DNA of 63,964 bases, filler included, from an uncultured bacterium (GTDB lineage: Bacteria > Auribacterota > CAZIXI01), in the NCBI GenBank assembly GCA_964543115.1. It is 10 parts of 10 records of this genome, joined end to end, with 100 filler letters (N's around TTAATTAATTAA, not from the genome) between each part and the next. Parts side by side here need not be neighbours in the genome. Positions count along the whole stretch, not along the records: positions 25,999 to 32,337 come from CAZIXI010000203.1; positions 32,438 to 38,724 come from CAZIXI010000204.1; 8 more parts are not named here. One strand, given 5' to 3'. A program made the position numbers and the translations under genes. The notes beneath the pieces were generated by a model. The model was given only the letters and a program-made list of their open reading frames with translations, ran no database searches and was not told where the DNA came from. Positions 28,117 through 37,033 of the stretch are shown one piece after another. The stretch's first letter is position 1. Each line of letters begins with the position of its first letter.

Positions 28117-29406
28117 ATGAAAAAGATTCACAAATGGGTTTTCCTACTAGGAAGTGTAGTGCTTTTTATTATCCATATTCCTTATTTGGAGGCGGATGTT
28201 TCTGATCAACAAAGGGCCTTTGAATTAAATGAAGCAGGGGTCCGGGCAATGGAGGATGAAAAATTCCCGGCGGCTATTGATTTTTTTACTCGAGCATTAA
28301 AACGATCTCCGAAAAATAAGACGATTAGAGCAAATCTGGCCACTTCCTACAATAACTATGCTCTTTCCCTGGACAGGGCGGGGGATACAGAAACCGCGAA
28401 GAAGTATCTCCAGCGGGCCCTGGAAATATCTCCGCAAGATACCAATATCAGAGAAAATCTGGCCAATATTGTTTGTGCCTACGCGCAGGGATTTTATCAG
28501 GATGGAAAATATAATTTGGCAGAAAATGAATTACGAGAGGCGATTGAAGCTCAACCAAAGCATTCTGTCAGTCTTATTTTGTTGGGCCAGATATATTATC
28601 AACAGCAATCCTTGAAATTAGCGAGAGATATCTGGGAGCAGGCCCTGGATTTTGATCCCGGTAATCCAATGATCTTGGACCTGTTAGACAAAATAGATGA
28701 AGAATATGAAGTAGAAAAAGACATGAAATATACAAAGGCCTATTATTTTGATATTCGCTTTAATAAAGATGTTGTTGATAAGGAAATATACAATATACGT
28801 TCATTATTGCAGGAGGCCTATCGTGAGATCGGCAGCGATCTTGGTCATCGGCCCCGGCATGAAATACCCGTTATCCTTTACAGCCCGGAAGAGTTCCAGT
28901 TGCTGCGCGATACCCCGGATTGGGTAGATGGATTATACGACGGGAAGATAAGATTGCCGATAAAGGAGGATACGCTTTCCGGCAACGAAATCAAGCGCCT
29001 TATCTGGCATGAATATACGCATGCCGTAGTCTATGATCTCTGTAACAACCATTGCCCGATCTGGTTCAATGAAGGGCTGGCTAAATGGGAAGAGGCCAAA
29101 CAGGTTCCCGTTGATCTGCGGCCGCTGAAAACAGCCCTAAAGAATAATGAATTAATCCCGCTAAACGAGCTAGGCTCATATTTTACAATGGATGCGGATG
29201 TGGACAAATTAAACCTGGCCTATCTGGAGGCGTATTCATTTATTGAATTTATTGTAAAAGAATGGGATTTGTTCCGGCTGCGCAAGATATTAAGGGAATT
29301 TAAAAAGGAAAAATCCGCGGGAAAGGCCTTTGCCAGAGTGTTATACCGTTCAATGGAAAAAATGAATTCAGAATGGCTGGAATTTTTGCGGAAGAAATAT
29401 AAATAA
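28117..29406 (+). CDS. TPR-repeat protein with peptidase MA-like (HEXXH) domain
   Basis: Signal peptide, several TPRs, PDWVDGLYDGKIRLP, WHEYTHAV, WFNEGLA, LAYLEAYSF. Confidence 0.88.
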   Translation: MKKIHKWVFLLGSVVLFIIHIPYLEADVSDQQRAFELNEAGVRAMEDEKFPAAIDFFTRALKRSPKNKTIRANLATSYNNYALSLDRAGDTETAKKYLQRALEISPQDTNIRENLANIVCAYAQGFYQDGKYNLAENELREAIEAQPKHSVSLILLGQIYYQQQSLKLARDIWEQALDFDPGNPMILDLLDKIDEEYEVEKDMKYTKAYYFDIRFNKDVVDKEIYNIRSLLQEAYREIGSDLGHRPRHEIPVILYSPEEFQLLRDTPDWVDGLYDGKIRLPIKEDTLSGNEIKRLIWHEYTHAVVYDLCNNHCPIWFNEGLAKWEEAKQVPVDLRPLKTALKNNELIPLNELGSYFTMDADVDKLNLAYLEAYSFIEFIVKEWDLFRLRKILREFKKEKSAGKAFARVLYRSMEKMNSEWLEFLRKKYK

Positions 29407-29463
29407 GTAGACAAAAACCCCATGAGCCCCTCAATTGTCTAAGCCAAATATGCCTGCCTGAAG

Positions 29464-29658
29464 CTACAGGGAAAGCGCTAACTCTGTACTGTCATCAGGC
29501 TGCAGCGTCTTTCTTACATCCAGAGAGGCCGGTGGCGCTATTTCCGCGATACCAAGGGATTCAGGTGTAGGACGATTGCCGCGAATAATTGCCAGGGAGG
29601 CGATTACGCAAACCAAGGCCAGGACTACGAATACAAGCGGGACAATAACACGTTTCAT
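29464..29658 (-). CDS. Small single-TM hypothetical protein
   Basis: AGGAG RBS, N-terminal hydrophobic helix, 64 aa; no family recognised. Confidence 0.5.
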   Translation of the reverse strand: MKRVIVPLVFVVLALVCVIASLAIIRGNRPTPESLGIAEIAPPASLDVRKTLQPDDSTELALSL

Positions 29659-29790
29659 GTTTTCTCCTCGCTCCGCTCGGAGCTGCTATTATTGGAATAT
29701 ATATAGACTGCCCCTTTATTGTGTCAATATTATATCATAAGTTAGTTTTTCACGCAATAGTTTTTTGTTAATATCCTATTAGCCAGGGGC

Positions 29791-29991
29791 TTACTGCCTT
29801 CCCAATCTTTTCTTTAGTTGTTCATATCTTCTCCGGCCTTCCTGGCTGCCCAAGTTAGCGGATTTCTTTGCATCTTGTAAAGCTGATTCCAGATCACCCT
29901 TGTGATAATAGGCCCCGCCGCGTTCAAGATAGGCCCGGGAATTATCCAGCGGGCATTTTGAGTTGACATGCCTATGTATCTTGTGTAACAT
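29791..29991 (-). pseudogene. TPR C-terminal fragment
   Basis: RAYLERGGAYYHKGDLESALQDAKKSANLG is TPR-like; TTG start without clear RBS. Confidence 0.45.
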
Positions 29992-30034
29992 TCATTAATA
30001 ATTTATGATTTGGGGGCAAAGGAGACAAAAGGGC

Positions 30035-31237
30035 ATGAAGAAGTTGGGATTTTTGCTTGTTTTTATCGCAGTGGGTATTTTGATCTTCAGCAGTATAGGT
30101 GTTGCACTTACTCCGCAGGAGAAGATTCAATACATTAGTGCTGCTTCGACATCCGCAAGAGAGGCGATGCAGGATAAAGAGCAGGGGCAGGCGCGAATGG
30201 TTATGCTGGCGGTGCTCAAAGAGGTGCAGAGCCTGGCGCCCGCCGCTTCCCAGAGCCCAGTAAAAGAACTATTTGATGGTTACATGCAGGCGCGTAATTT
30301 GGCCTGGCCCGATGCGCCGGCGGCCTTGTCCATGGATCAGGTGAGTGCTTTTCTGGCGGCCTTCGAGAAGAATAAGACGGAATTACTTTTTTTCTCCAAG
30401 GATATGAATATTTCCACCCTGCCTAACGGTAAACAGCAATATTACGAATACATTGCCGATATCCTTTCCATGCGCAAAACCGCCTGGGAGAAAATAGGCG
30501 CACTGGCCATGCTTTCCCCGCCGCCTGATCAACTGCTTTCCAGTAACCAGGTTTTTATGAAGCTGTTTCAGGACCAAATCCTGACGATGTTTTTTAATGT
30601 AGCCTTTGGCCCGGCTGTTGCCGTAGAGCATGCTCAGCAGAAGGTGATTCCCGACAATATAAAAATAGCCCAGGAAGCCATTGCTGCTGCTAGCGTCTCA
30701 CAGGATCCCTCAACTATCTGGCATAAATTGGGGCAGGCTGATAGTGCCCTGAGATTGATTGAGAGTATTGAGGCCAACCTGAAGGGTGAGGTTGATGTTT
30801 CTGCCCTTACTGTGGCGGTGCCGGAAATGCAGAAGAAAGTAAAGGCAGAGTACGAGCGGGCGCAGCAGCTTTATGATAAACAAATCGATTCTAACCGCAT
30901 GCCGGCCGCAGTTGGCTGGCAGGGCGGCAATGAAGGAGCTGTTATCGAGCAGATTAAAAAATCCTATCATGCAGCCTTTCCCAGCGAAAAGATCCTTAAG
31001 GTGTCCCTGCAGAGCAGTGATTTTGGCGAGCGTTGGGAGTCCTGGTGGGAAGAGGATGTGCTCTATACGGGCTATTTCGGTTATGTTAAGGTAGCTATTG
31101 CCGCGAAACAGAAAGATGGTGACTGCCGCGTGTTTTTCAAATGGTTTCGCCGGGACAGAAAAGCGGACGGCGGCTGGAGTGATTTGTATTTGCAGGATAC
31201 TATCGGCAGCTACCGTATCCGGGAAAAGAATATTTAA
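30035..31237 (+). CDS. Secreted hypothetical protein (helical N-terminus, aromatic beta-rich C-terminus)
   Basis: Signal peptide MKKLGFLLVF..GVA; 400-aa ORF. Confidence 0.8.
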   Translation: MKKLGFLLVFIAVGILIFSSIGVALTPQEKIQYISAASTSAREAMQDKEQGQARMVMLAVLKEVQSLAPAASQSPVKELFDGYMQARNLAWPDAPAALSMDQVSAFLAAFEKNKTELLFFSKDMNISTLPNGKQQYYEYIADILSMRKTAWEKIGALAMLSPPPDQLLSSNQVFMKLFQDQILTMFFNVAFGPAVAVEHAQQKVIPDNIKIAQEAIAAASVSQDPSTIWHKLGQADSALRLIESIEANLKGEVDVSALTVAVPEMQKKVKAEYERAQQLYDKQIDSNRMPAAVGWQGGNEGAVIEQIKKSYHAAFPSEKILKVSLQSSDFGERWESWWEEDVLYTGYFGYVKVAIAAKQKDGDCRVFFKWFRRDRKADGGWSDLYLQDTIGSYRIREKNI

Positions 31238-31248
31238 GGAATAATGTT

Positions 31249-32313
31249 ATGGAAGATTTAGCTCAGAATATATCAAAAACCGCCGGTACAGTTCCCGGAA
31301 CGCTGGTGCATGTTGGGGACAGGACCACCGGGGCTGTGGCGATTACCCTGATTGATTATAATGAGACCGAATTTCAGGAAAAGCGGCTCAGCAGCATTGA
31401 GGAGTGTTTTCCCTGTAAGAACCGTTCTACGGTAAGCTGGATTAATATTGATGGCGTGCATAATACTGATATTATCGAAAAGGTGGGTGCCAATTATAAT
31501 CTCCATCCCCTGATCCTGGAGGATATCGTTAATACCGATCAGCGGCCAAAGTTGGAAGATTTTGAGAACTATATCTTCATTGTTCTAAAAATGCTTTATT
31601 TTAATGAGCAGCAGGGTAATCTGGAGATTGAACAGATAAGCTTGATCCTCGGGTCGAATTATGTCATTTCCTTCCAGGAGAAAGAAGGCGATGTTTTTAA
31701 TAGTATCAGGGAACGGATTAGAAACGCCAAGGGACGAATCAGGAAAATGGGAGCTGATTATCTTACCTACGCGATTATGGACGCCATTGTGGACAGCTAT
31801 TACGCGATAACAGAAAAATACAGTGATAAAGTCGAAGAAATGAGTGATAAGATGATTGAGAATCCCAATCCTAACGCCATGCTTATTATTCAGGACTATA
31901 AAGGTGAGATGATTATGCTGCGCCGTTCTGTCTGGCCCCTGAGAGAAGTTATCAGTAAGATGATGCGCACGGAACCGCCGTTAATCCAGCGCACAACAGA
32001 AATATACCTGCGGGATATTTATGATCATTCCATCCAGATCATTGATACTGTCGGTTCGCTGCGGGATATGGTGAGCGGCATGCAGGATATTTATCTGGCC
32101 AGTGTTAGTAATAAGATGAATGAAGTGATGAAGGTTTTGACCATCTTTGCCGCGATCTTTATTCCGCTGACATTTATTACTGGTATTTATGGGATGAATT
32201 TTAAGTATATGCCGGAAATAAATACTAAAGCGGGGTATTTTCTTATCCTGGGAGTGATGGTGGCTTTGGCCACGACAATGGTACTGTATTTTAAGAAAAA
32301 GAAATGGTTTTAG
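31249..32313 (+). CDS. corA: Magnesium/cobalt transporter CorA
   Basis: WINIDG, HPLILEDI..QRPK, YLRDIYDH, MNEVMKVLT, TGIYGMNF..MPE. Confidence 0.96.
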   Translation: MEDLAQNISKTAGTVPGTLVHVGDRTTGAVAITLIDYNETEFQEKRLSSIEECFPCKNRSTVSWINIDGVHNTDIIEKVGANYNLHPLILEDIVNTDQRPKLEDFENYIFIVLKMLYFNEQQGNLEIEQISLILGSNYVISFQEKEGDVFNSIRERIRNAKGRIRKMGADYLTYAIMDAIVDSYYAITEKYSDKVEEMSDKMIENPNPNAMLIIQDYKGEMIMLRRSVWPLREVISKMMRTEPPLIQRTTEIYLRDIYDHSIQIIDTVGSLRDMVSGMQDIYLASVSNKMNEVMKVLTIFAAIFIPLTFITGIYGMNFKYMPEINTKAGYFLILGVMVALATTMVLYFKKKKWF

Positions 32314-32437
32314 GGAGTAATCGGGCAAGTGTTTTTTNNNNNNNNNNNNNNNNNNNNNNNNNNNNNNNNNNNNNNNNNNNNTTAATTAATTAANNNNNNN
32401 NNNNNNNNNNNNNNNNNNNNNNNNNNNNNNNNNNNNN

Positions 32438-35400
32438 CCGGAAAGTGAAGAGACGGAATATGTGAATGTGGAAATTGGGCGGTTAACCGAAAGCGGAGAG
32501 AAGCAGGTTATTCGTACCGTATCCGGATATATTGACGAAACAATGTTTGGGCCGGGTGCTGTTATTTTTAACCGGGCCTACAATGAACGGGAGGCGGAAG
32601 AGTTTTTCGGACATACGGAGGAAAGACTGCCTGCTGAAGTTGTAGAGGTGGATCTGGAGAGCGGAGAGATGCGCTTTGTCGCCGGTGAAAGGGCTGATGA
32701 GCGAAAAATGACTTTTACTGAGTTTGGTGTTATGCTGGTGGAGGATTCTTTATTAGCAATGGCGCCAAATATGCCGCAGCTGGTTCAGCGGACGGAGATT
32801 CTGCAAAGTAATCTGGAGCGTCTAGGTGCCAGTCAGGTGGAGGTGGACTGGTTGTTCAGTGGTTTGAACGCTGATGAACGTGCTCGAGCTTTCTGTTCAT
32901 TGGCCGCTTATCCGGACTGGATGCCGGCGATGGTTTTTCTTGTTGATGAATTTAGCCAGCAAGGAGGACTTGCGGAGTTAAAAGAGCCGTTAGATCGGCT
33001 GATCCGTGAAACAAAAAATATAAAAATGATCCGCCAGGTGTTTGTCTTTATTAATTATGTATTGGCGGTGGTGAGTGACCGGGGGCTGGCTGTGCGGATC
33101 GTGAATCGCTGGCTGGATATCTATTTTCAAAACAGGGAACTGGCCGAGATGATGGCGGCAATGTTACAGAAAGAGGTAGTTGTTCGCAGATTCAGCTCAG
33201 GTGCCGAAGCAATGAGGCTTGGCCGGCCCGGGAGGATTATGCAGCAGGGAAGGCTTCATTACGAGAGATCCTATCCTTTTTGGATTTTAACGGAAGGCCG
33301 GGACCGGGGAGTACTACCGGCGGATACCAGATTATATTTAGAGTATCTGACCACAGACGACTTAAGTGTTTTAGGGGTGCGGCAGGCGGAAACATTCAGC
33401 CGGGAAAAACAGGGCCGGTCAATCACTAACCGGGGATTAGAGGCGCTGATAAAGCTGCGCACATTATTTCCGGGAAAGATCGGGCAGGATGAGCTTACGC
33501 TGGATACGGTCGCGGAATGCGCGGAGCACGTGGATGAAAGGAAATTGCGCGGGTTGCGTAATAAGATCCGCGGGGCGGTAAACGGCCAGGATAAAACCCA
33601 GCAGTACTGGATCCGGGAACTGGTGCAGAATGCCCGGGACGCGATCTGGGGCGCTGTGAGCCGGGGAGAAGAAATAGCCGAAGAGGACCGGCAGGTGGCG
33701 GTGGATAGTTACATAACAGATGAGCCGAATAAACGGGGATTTTATGAATGGATCGCCAGTGTGCGCGATCCGGTGGGCATGAGCCTCTCTGAGGTAATGA
33801 ACCTGTTATTGCCGCCGGATGTCAGCGGCAAGGAGGGGCAGGGATATAGCGGTTTTCTGGGGCATGGTTTCTTTACCGTGTTTACCAAATGTGACGAGGT
33901 ACGCATGCGCACCGGGAAAGACGGGGTGGTCACGGAACTGATCTTAAAACCTGTTTATGATGCCCAGGGCCTGTTACTGAATATTGAAGTATTGGAAATG
34001 AATTCTTACCGCAGTGATTTCCGGGGCACGGAAATCCAGCGGGTGAATTTTTTCCGTAATCCGGGTGAATCAGCGGCGATTATGGGACATTTATATGTAA
34101 CCAGCCAGGCGAGGAAAATGGTGGCCGGTATTCCCAGTGAAGGGGAAAAAGGCGTAACGGTTCTGCTTAGCGGCGAGAAGATAAATGAGGATACAGAAAC
34201 AGTAGCGGAGGTTAGTTATTCGCAGTTGGAAGGGCCCATTCAGAGCCGGTTCAGTCCGGCGAAGGTCTGCCGGGTTAATCTGGATGATCTTTATCTCTGT
34301 GAATTGGCCCCGGGCTATACCGCAATGGTGCCGGTCAGGGTACTCAATATCCTGCGTGAGCTTGGCTGGAACGTGGAATTTCCGCAAGGGACACCGGTAC
34401 TGCGTACGCGTAACGGCCTGAAAAATGCCAAACAATACCAGCCCTGGGTTGCTGCCCTGGGCCTGCAGACCCTGGCCCGCCTTTATCTGGAAGAGGAGGC
34501 GGTAGAGATTCCCGGGCTGCCGCATGATTATGCATATTCAAATCGTAATGCCCTGACTGTTGAGCTGGAGGTGCAAACGGATGCCGATTTTATTAATAGC
34601 GGCCGGCCGCAGTCAGTTGATTGGGCCAAATATGAACGCTATCCGAATTTATTGGTGCAGTTAGTGACGGTAGTAGAGGTTAATTATGCAGGGGAAGTGG
34701 TTTCCCTGGATCAGATAAAGAGGAAGGTTTTAGCGGAATACAGAAAAGAAAGCGCGGATGAAGTTGATCTGAGTAGGGTTTTACCTTCCGGCATGCAGGC
34801 CCAGCGCCGGCGGGCGGAAGAATATATCAGGAAAGAAATGAACCAGCAAAGAGTGGATGTGAGTGATTTGGCAGAGGAAAAGATTTTAATAGTGTTCCGG
34901 GAGTTTTTTAAGCGTTTAAGTAAGCTGATCGGAACGGAAGAAAATGAATGTTTATTTGAATGTGCCTTTGGTGCCAATCATAGTGCGTCTGCTATGGGTA
35001 AACGGATTTACTGGAATTTGGCTAATAGCGCGGAAAATATTACTGCCTTGCGGGATTTTTTGATGACGGGAAAGGTGACTCCTGCTTTTGAGGAAATGAT
35101 CAGAACATTTATTCACGAATCCGCCCATACTATCGAGCATTTGTATCGGGAGCAATATAGAAATTTTTGGACGCATCAACGGGAAGTGGACCTGCCGGGA
35201 TCGCATGCCTGGATCATGGAAAAATTATTTGTTAAGGTAATTAAGCAGTTGACTTCCACAGAGGATTTCCGTTCGCGGTTTGAGGCTGAGATGCTTGTAG
35301 AAAAGTTTATTACCCTGCCTGATGTGTGGGGGTCACATCAGGTGCTTGTTCGAACCCTGTCTGCCAGGGCGAGAAAAGCGGCAATGGCTGCTCTCGAGCG

Positions 35401-35464
35401 AGTAGCGCCTGCCGCGCCTATTGAGGTAGAAGAAGCCCTAAGTCCAACCGCGGACAGTATTTAA
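32438..35464 (+). CDS. C-terminal part of a large protein with GHKL (HSP90/MORC-like) ATPase and HEXXH motif, 5'-truncated
   Basis: Open from contig start; WIRELVQNARDA, DPVGMS, SGFLGHGFFTVF, FIHESAH. Confidence 0.8.
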   Translation, partial: PESEETEYVNVEIGRLTESGEKQVIRTVSGYIDETMFGPGAVIFNRAYNEREAEEFFGHTEERLPAEVVEVDLESGEMRFVAGERADERKMTFTEFGVMLVEDSLLAMAPNMPQLVQRTEILQSNLERLGASQVEVDWLFSGLNADERARAFCSLAAYPDWMPAMVFLVDEFSQQGGLAELKEPLDRLIRETKNIKMIRQVFVFINYVLAVVSDRGLAVRIVNRWLDIYFQNRELAEMMAAMLQKEVVVRRFSSGAEAMRLGRPGRIMQQGRLHYERSYPFWILTEGRDRGVLPADTRLYLEYLTTDDLSVLGVRQAETFSREKQGRSITNRGLEALIKLRTLFPGKIGQDELTLDTVAECAEHVDERKLRGLRNKIRGAVNGQDKTQQYWIRELVQNARDAIWGAVSRGEEIAEEDRQVAVDSYITDEPNKRGFYEWIASVRDPVGMSLSEVMNLLLPPDVSGKEGQGYSGFLGHGFFTVFTKCDEVRMRTGKDGVVTELILKPVYDAQGLLLNIEVLEMNSYRSDFRGTEIQRVNFFRNPGESAAIMGHLYVTSQARKMVAGIPSEGEKGVTVLLSGEKINEDTETVAEVSYSQLEGPIQSRFSPAKVCRVNLDDLYLCELAPGYTAMVPVRVLNILRELGWNVEFPQGTPVLRTRNGLKNAKQYQPWVAALGLQTLARLYLEEEAVEIPGLPHDYAYSNRNALTVELEVQTDADFINSGRPQSVDWAKYERYPNLLVQLVTVVEVNYAGEVVSLDQIKRKVLAEYRKESADEVDLSRVLPSGMQAQRRRAEEYIRKEMNQQRVDVSDLAEEKILIVFREFFKRLSKLIGTEENECLFECAFGANHSASAMGKRIYWNLANSAENITALRDFLMTGKVTPAFEEMIRTFIHESAHTIEHLYREQYRNFWTHQREVDLPGSHAWIMEKLFVKVIKQLTSTEDFRSRFEAEMLVEKFITLPDVWGSHQVLVRTLSARARKAAMAALERVAPAAPIEVEEALSPTADSI

Positions 35465-35513
35465 ACTAATTTCCGGCGAATTGATTTCCTTTTCCAATCT
35501 CCTAAATTTTTTC

Positions 35514-35595
35514 TTGCCATTAATATAATAAAATAATATAATTATAATAATCAATTATAAATATAATATAGTAGTTATATGTAGTAGCTATATGT
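35514..35595 (+). promoter_or_regulatory. Sigma70 promoter with palindrome and tandem 13-mers
   Basis: TTGCCA-17-TATAAT (35514-35542); TTATAAT-N5-ATTATAA (35542-35560); AGTAG(T/C)TATATGT x2 (35570-35595). Confidence 0.65.
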
Positions 35596-35611
35596 TTAAC
35601 AGGAGGTTGTT

Positions 35612-35773
35612 ATGGTAGAGAAGACTGTTTTTAAGGGTAATCCAGTGATTATCCTGAAGCGCAACGAGAATGACAAGTATCCGATGTCTTTCGGGCTGAG
35701 TAAGGCCCGGCTGATTTTGGAGAATCTTGAAGAAGTGCAGAAGTTTGTCGAAGAAAACAACGCGAAGAAGTAA
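35612..35773 (+). CDS. 53-aa small protein missed by the ORF track
   Basis: AGGAGG RBS; MVEKTVFKGNPVIILKRNENDKYPMSFGLSKARLILENLEEVQKFVEENNAKK. Confidence 0.8.
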   Translation: MVEKTVFKGNPVIILKRNENDKYPMSFGLSKARLILENLEEVQKFVEENNAKK

Positions 35774-35810
35774 TTGGTGTCTAGCAGAATCTGCCTTTGA
35801 GAGTTAATAT

Positions 35811-36143
35811 ATGGAAGTCGTTCTGAAACTAAGCGGCGTACTGCTAGGTGTCTCTGCCCGAACCTTGATTCCTTACCTGCGCAAGGTGCGGGAGGGCAAG
35901 ACGGCGGAATTTCAGAAATCCTACCTCACTTCCGCTGTGGCTTCCGGAGTGCTGGCGGTAATTATTACTCTGCTTATTTTTCCCCAGTTTAGGCCTGAGG
36001 GTATTTGTGTGGATGCCGAAGGTTATGTTAAGCTTTTTTGTGCCGCTTTTGGTTTTGGGTTTGGCTGGAATACGATTGTTAATGAAATAGCCAAATGGGG
36101 CGGCGCGTTTAAAGGAGGGCGACATGAAGGTAAGGTCGAATAG
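35811..36143 (+). CDS. Small multi-TM hypothetical protein
   Basis: 2-3 hydrophobic segments, 110 aa, operonic. Confidence 0.7.
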   Translation: MEVVLKLSGVLLGVSARTLIPYLRKVREGKTAEFQKSYLTSAVASGVLAVIITLLIFPQFRPEGICVDAEGYVKLFCAAFGFGFGWNTIVNEIAKWGGAFKGGRHEGKVE

Positions 36144-36324
36144 AGTAAAAATGTTTAAGATTAAGAACCGGCGCGGTTATGCCGCTGTCTGTCAGCATAA
36201 TCTGACGGAAGGGCGGACGGTTTATCAGGCCTATTACCGGATGGGCAAGGCCCTGCGCCGCAGCGGGCAGGATCTGGAGAAGATGACGGCCAGCCGGGTG
36301 AAGCGATTAGTTAGTAATAATTGA
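36124..36324 (+). CDS. Small basic protein, HicB-N-terminal-like pattern
   Basis: AAGGAGG RBS; GYAAVC..LTEGRTVYQAYYRMGKAL resembles the HicB G.T..EA pattern (inference). Confidence 0.65.
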   Translation: MKVRSNRVKMFKIKNRRGYAAVCQHNLTEGRTVYQAYYRMGKALRRSGQDLEKMTASRVKRLVSNN

Positions 36325-36335
36325 GGGGGTTTTTA

Positions 36336-36743
36336 ATGAAGAAGTGTATTTTTCTAATAATGGCTCTATTATTTTTTGTTATTTCGTTTTCTCTTTTCGC
36401 GGCGGATTCACCGACGGTAGTCTATGAGAAATACCTGGCGGAACAGAAGGCCGGGAATCTGGCGGGAATGTGCGGGTATGTGACGGAGACCAAGAAACAG
36501 GAACTAGAGCGGATGGATCAGGGGAAGAAAACCCAAATGGCCCAGTTTATGAAGATAAGTGCTCCGAAGTCACATACGATAGTGGGTGAGGATATCCAGG
36601 GAGATAAGGCGACGGTGCGGGTGCGGGCCAAATCAATGGACATCAAGACCGGTCATCCCACGGATATGATGGGAGTGGTGACCTTCGTTAAAGAAGGTGA
36701 CGAGTGGAAATTAAGTAAAGAAGACTGGCGCGGCAGTCGATAA
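36336..36743 (+). CDS. Secreted DUF4878/NTF2-like protein
   Basis: Signal peptide; SPTVVYEKY, EDIQGDKATVRV, FVKEGDEWKL. Confidence 0.75.
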   Translation: MKKCIFLIMALLFFVISFSLFAADSPTVVYEKYLAEQKAGNLAGMCGYVTETKKQELERMDQGKKTQMAQFMKISAPKSHTIVGEDIQGDKATVRVRAKSMDIKTGHPTDMMGVVTFVKEGDEWKLSKEDWRGSR

Positions 36744-36797
36744 CCATTCCTCTAAAGCAGTCCCGCGAAGCGGGGCAGTCGATAACCATTCCTCTAA
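36732..36797 (+). repeat. 24-bp direct duplication around a mini-hairpin
   Basis: GGCAGTCGATAACCATTCCTCTAA at 36732-36755 and 36774-36797; CCCGC-GAA-GCGGG between them. Confidence 0.9.
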
Positions 36798-36817
36798 TTT
36801 CTAAGCTGGAGGTTTTA

Positions 36818-37033
36818 ATGAGAATCAGTTATGATCCAGAAGTAGACGCACTATATGTTAGATTTATCGATAAAAAAGTTCAGGTTACCACCCAGCGTCT
36901 TACTGAGGATATAGCAGTAAATTACGGGCCCCAAGGAGATGTTGTAGGGGTAGAAGTGCTTTCTGCGCATGAGCATTTGAAGTTTTCGGGGAGTAAGCCG
37001 AGGATAGAAACAGAAAATTTAAAAATAGTCTAA
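36818..37033 (+). CDS. DUF2283 family protein
   Basis: MRISYDPEVDALYVRF..DIAVNYGPQGDVVGVEVLSA. Confidence 0.9.
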   Translation: MRISYDPEVDALYVRFIDKKVQVTTQRLTEDIAVNYGPQGDVVGVEVLSAHEHLKFSGSKPRIETENLKIV

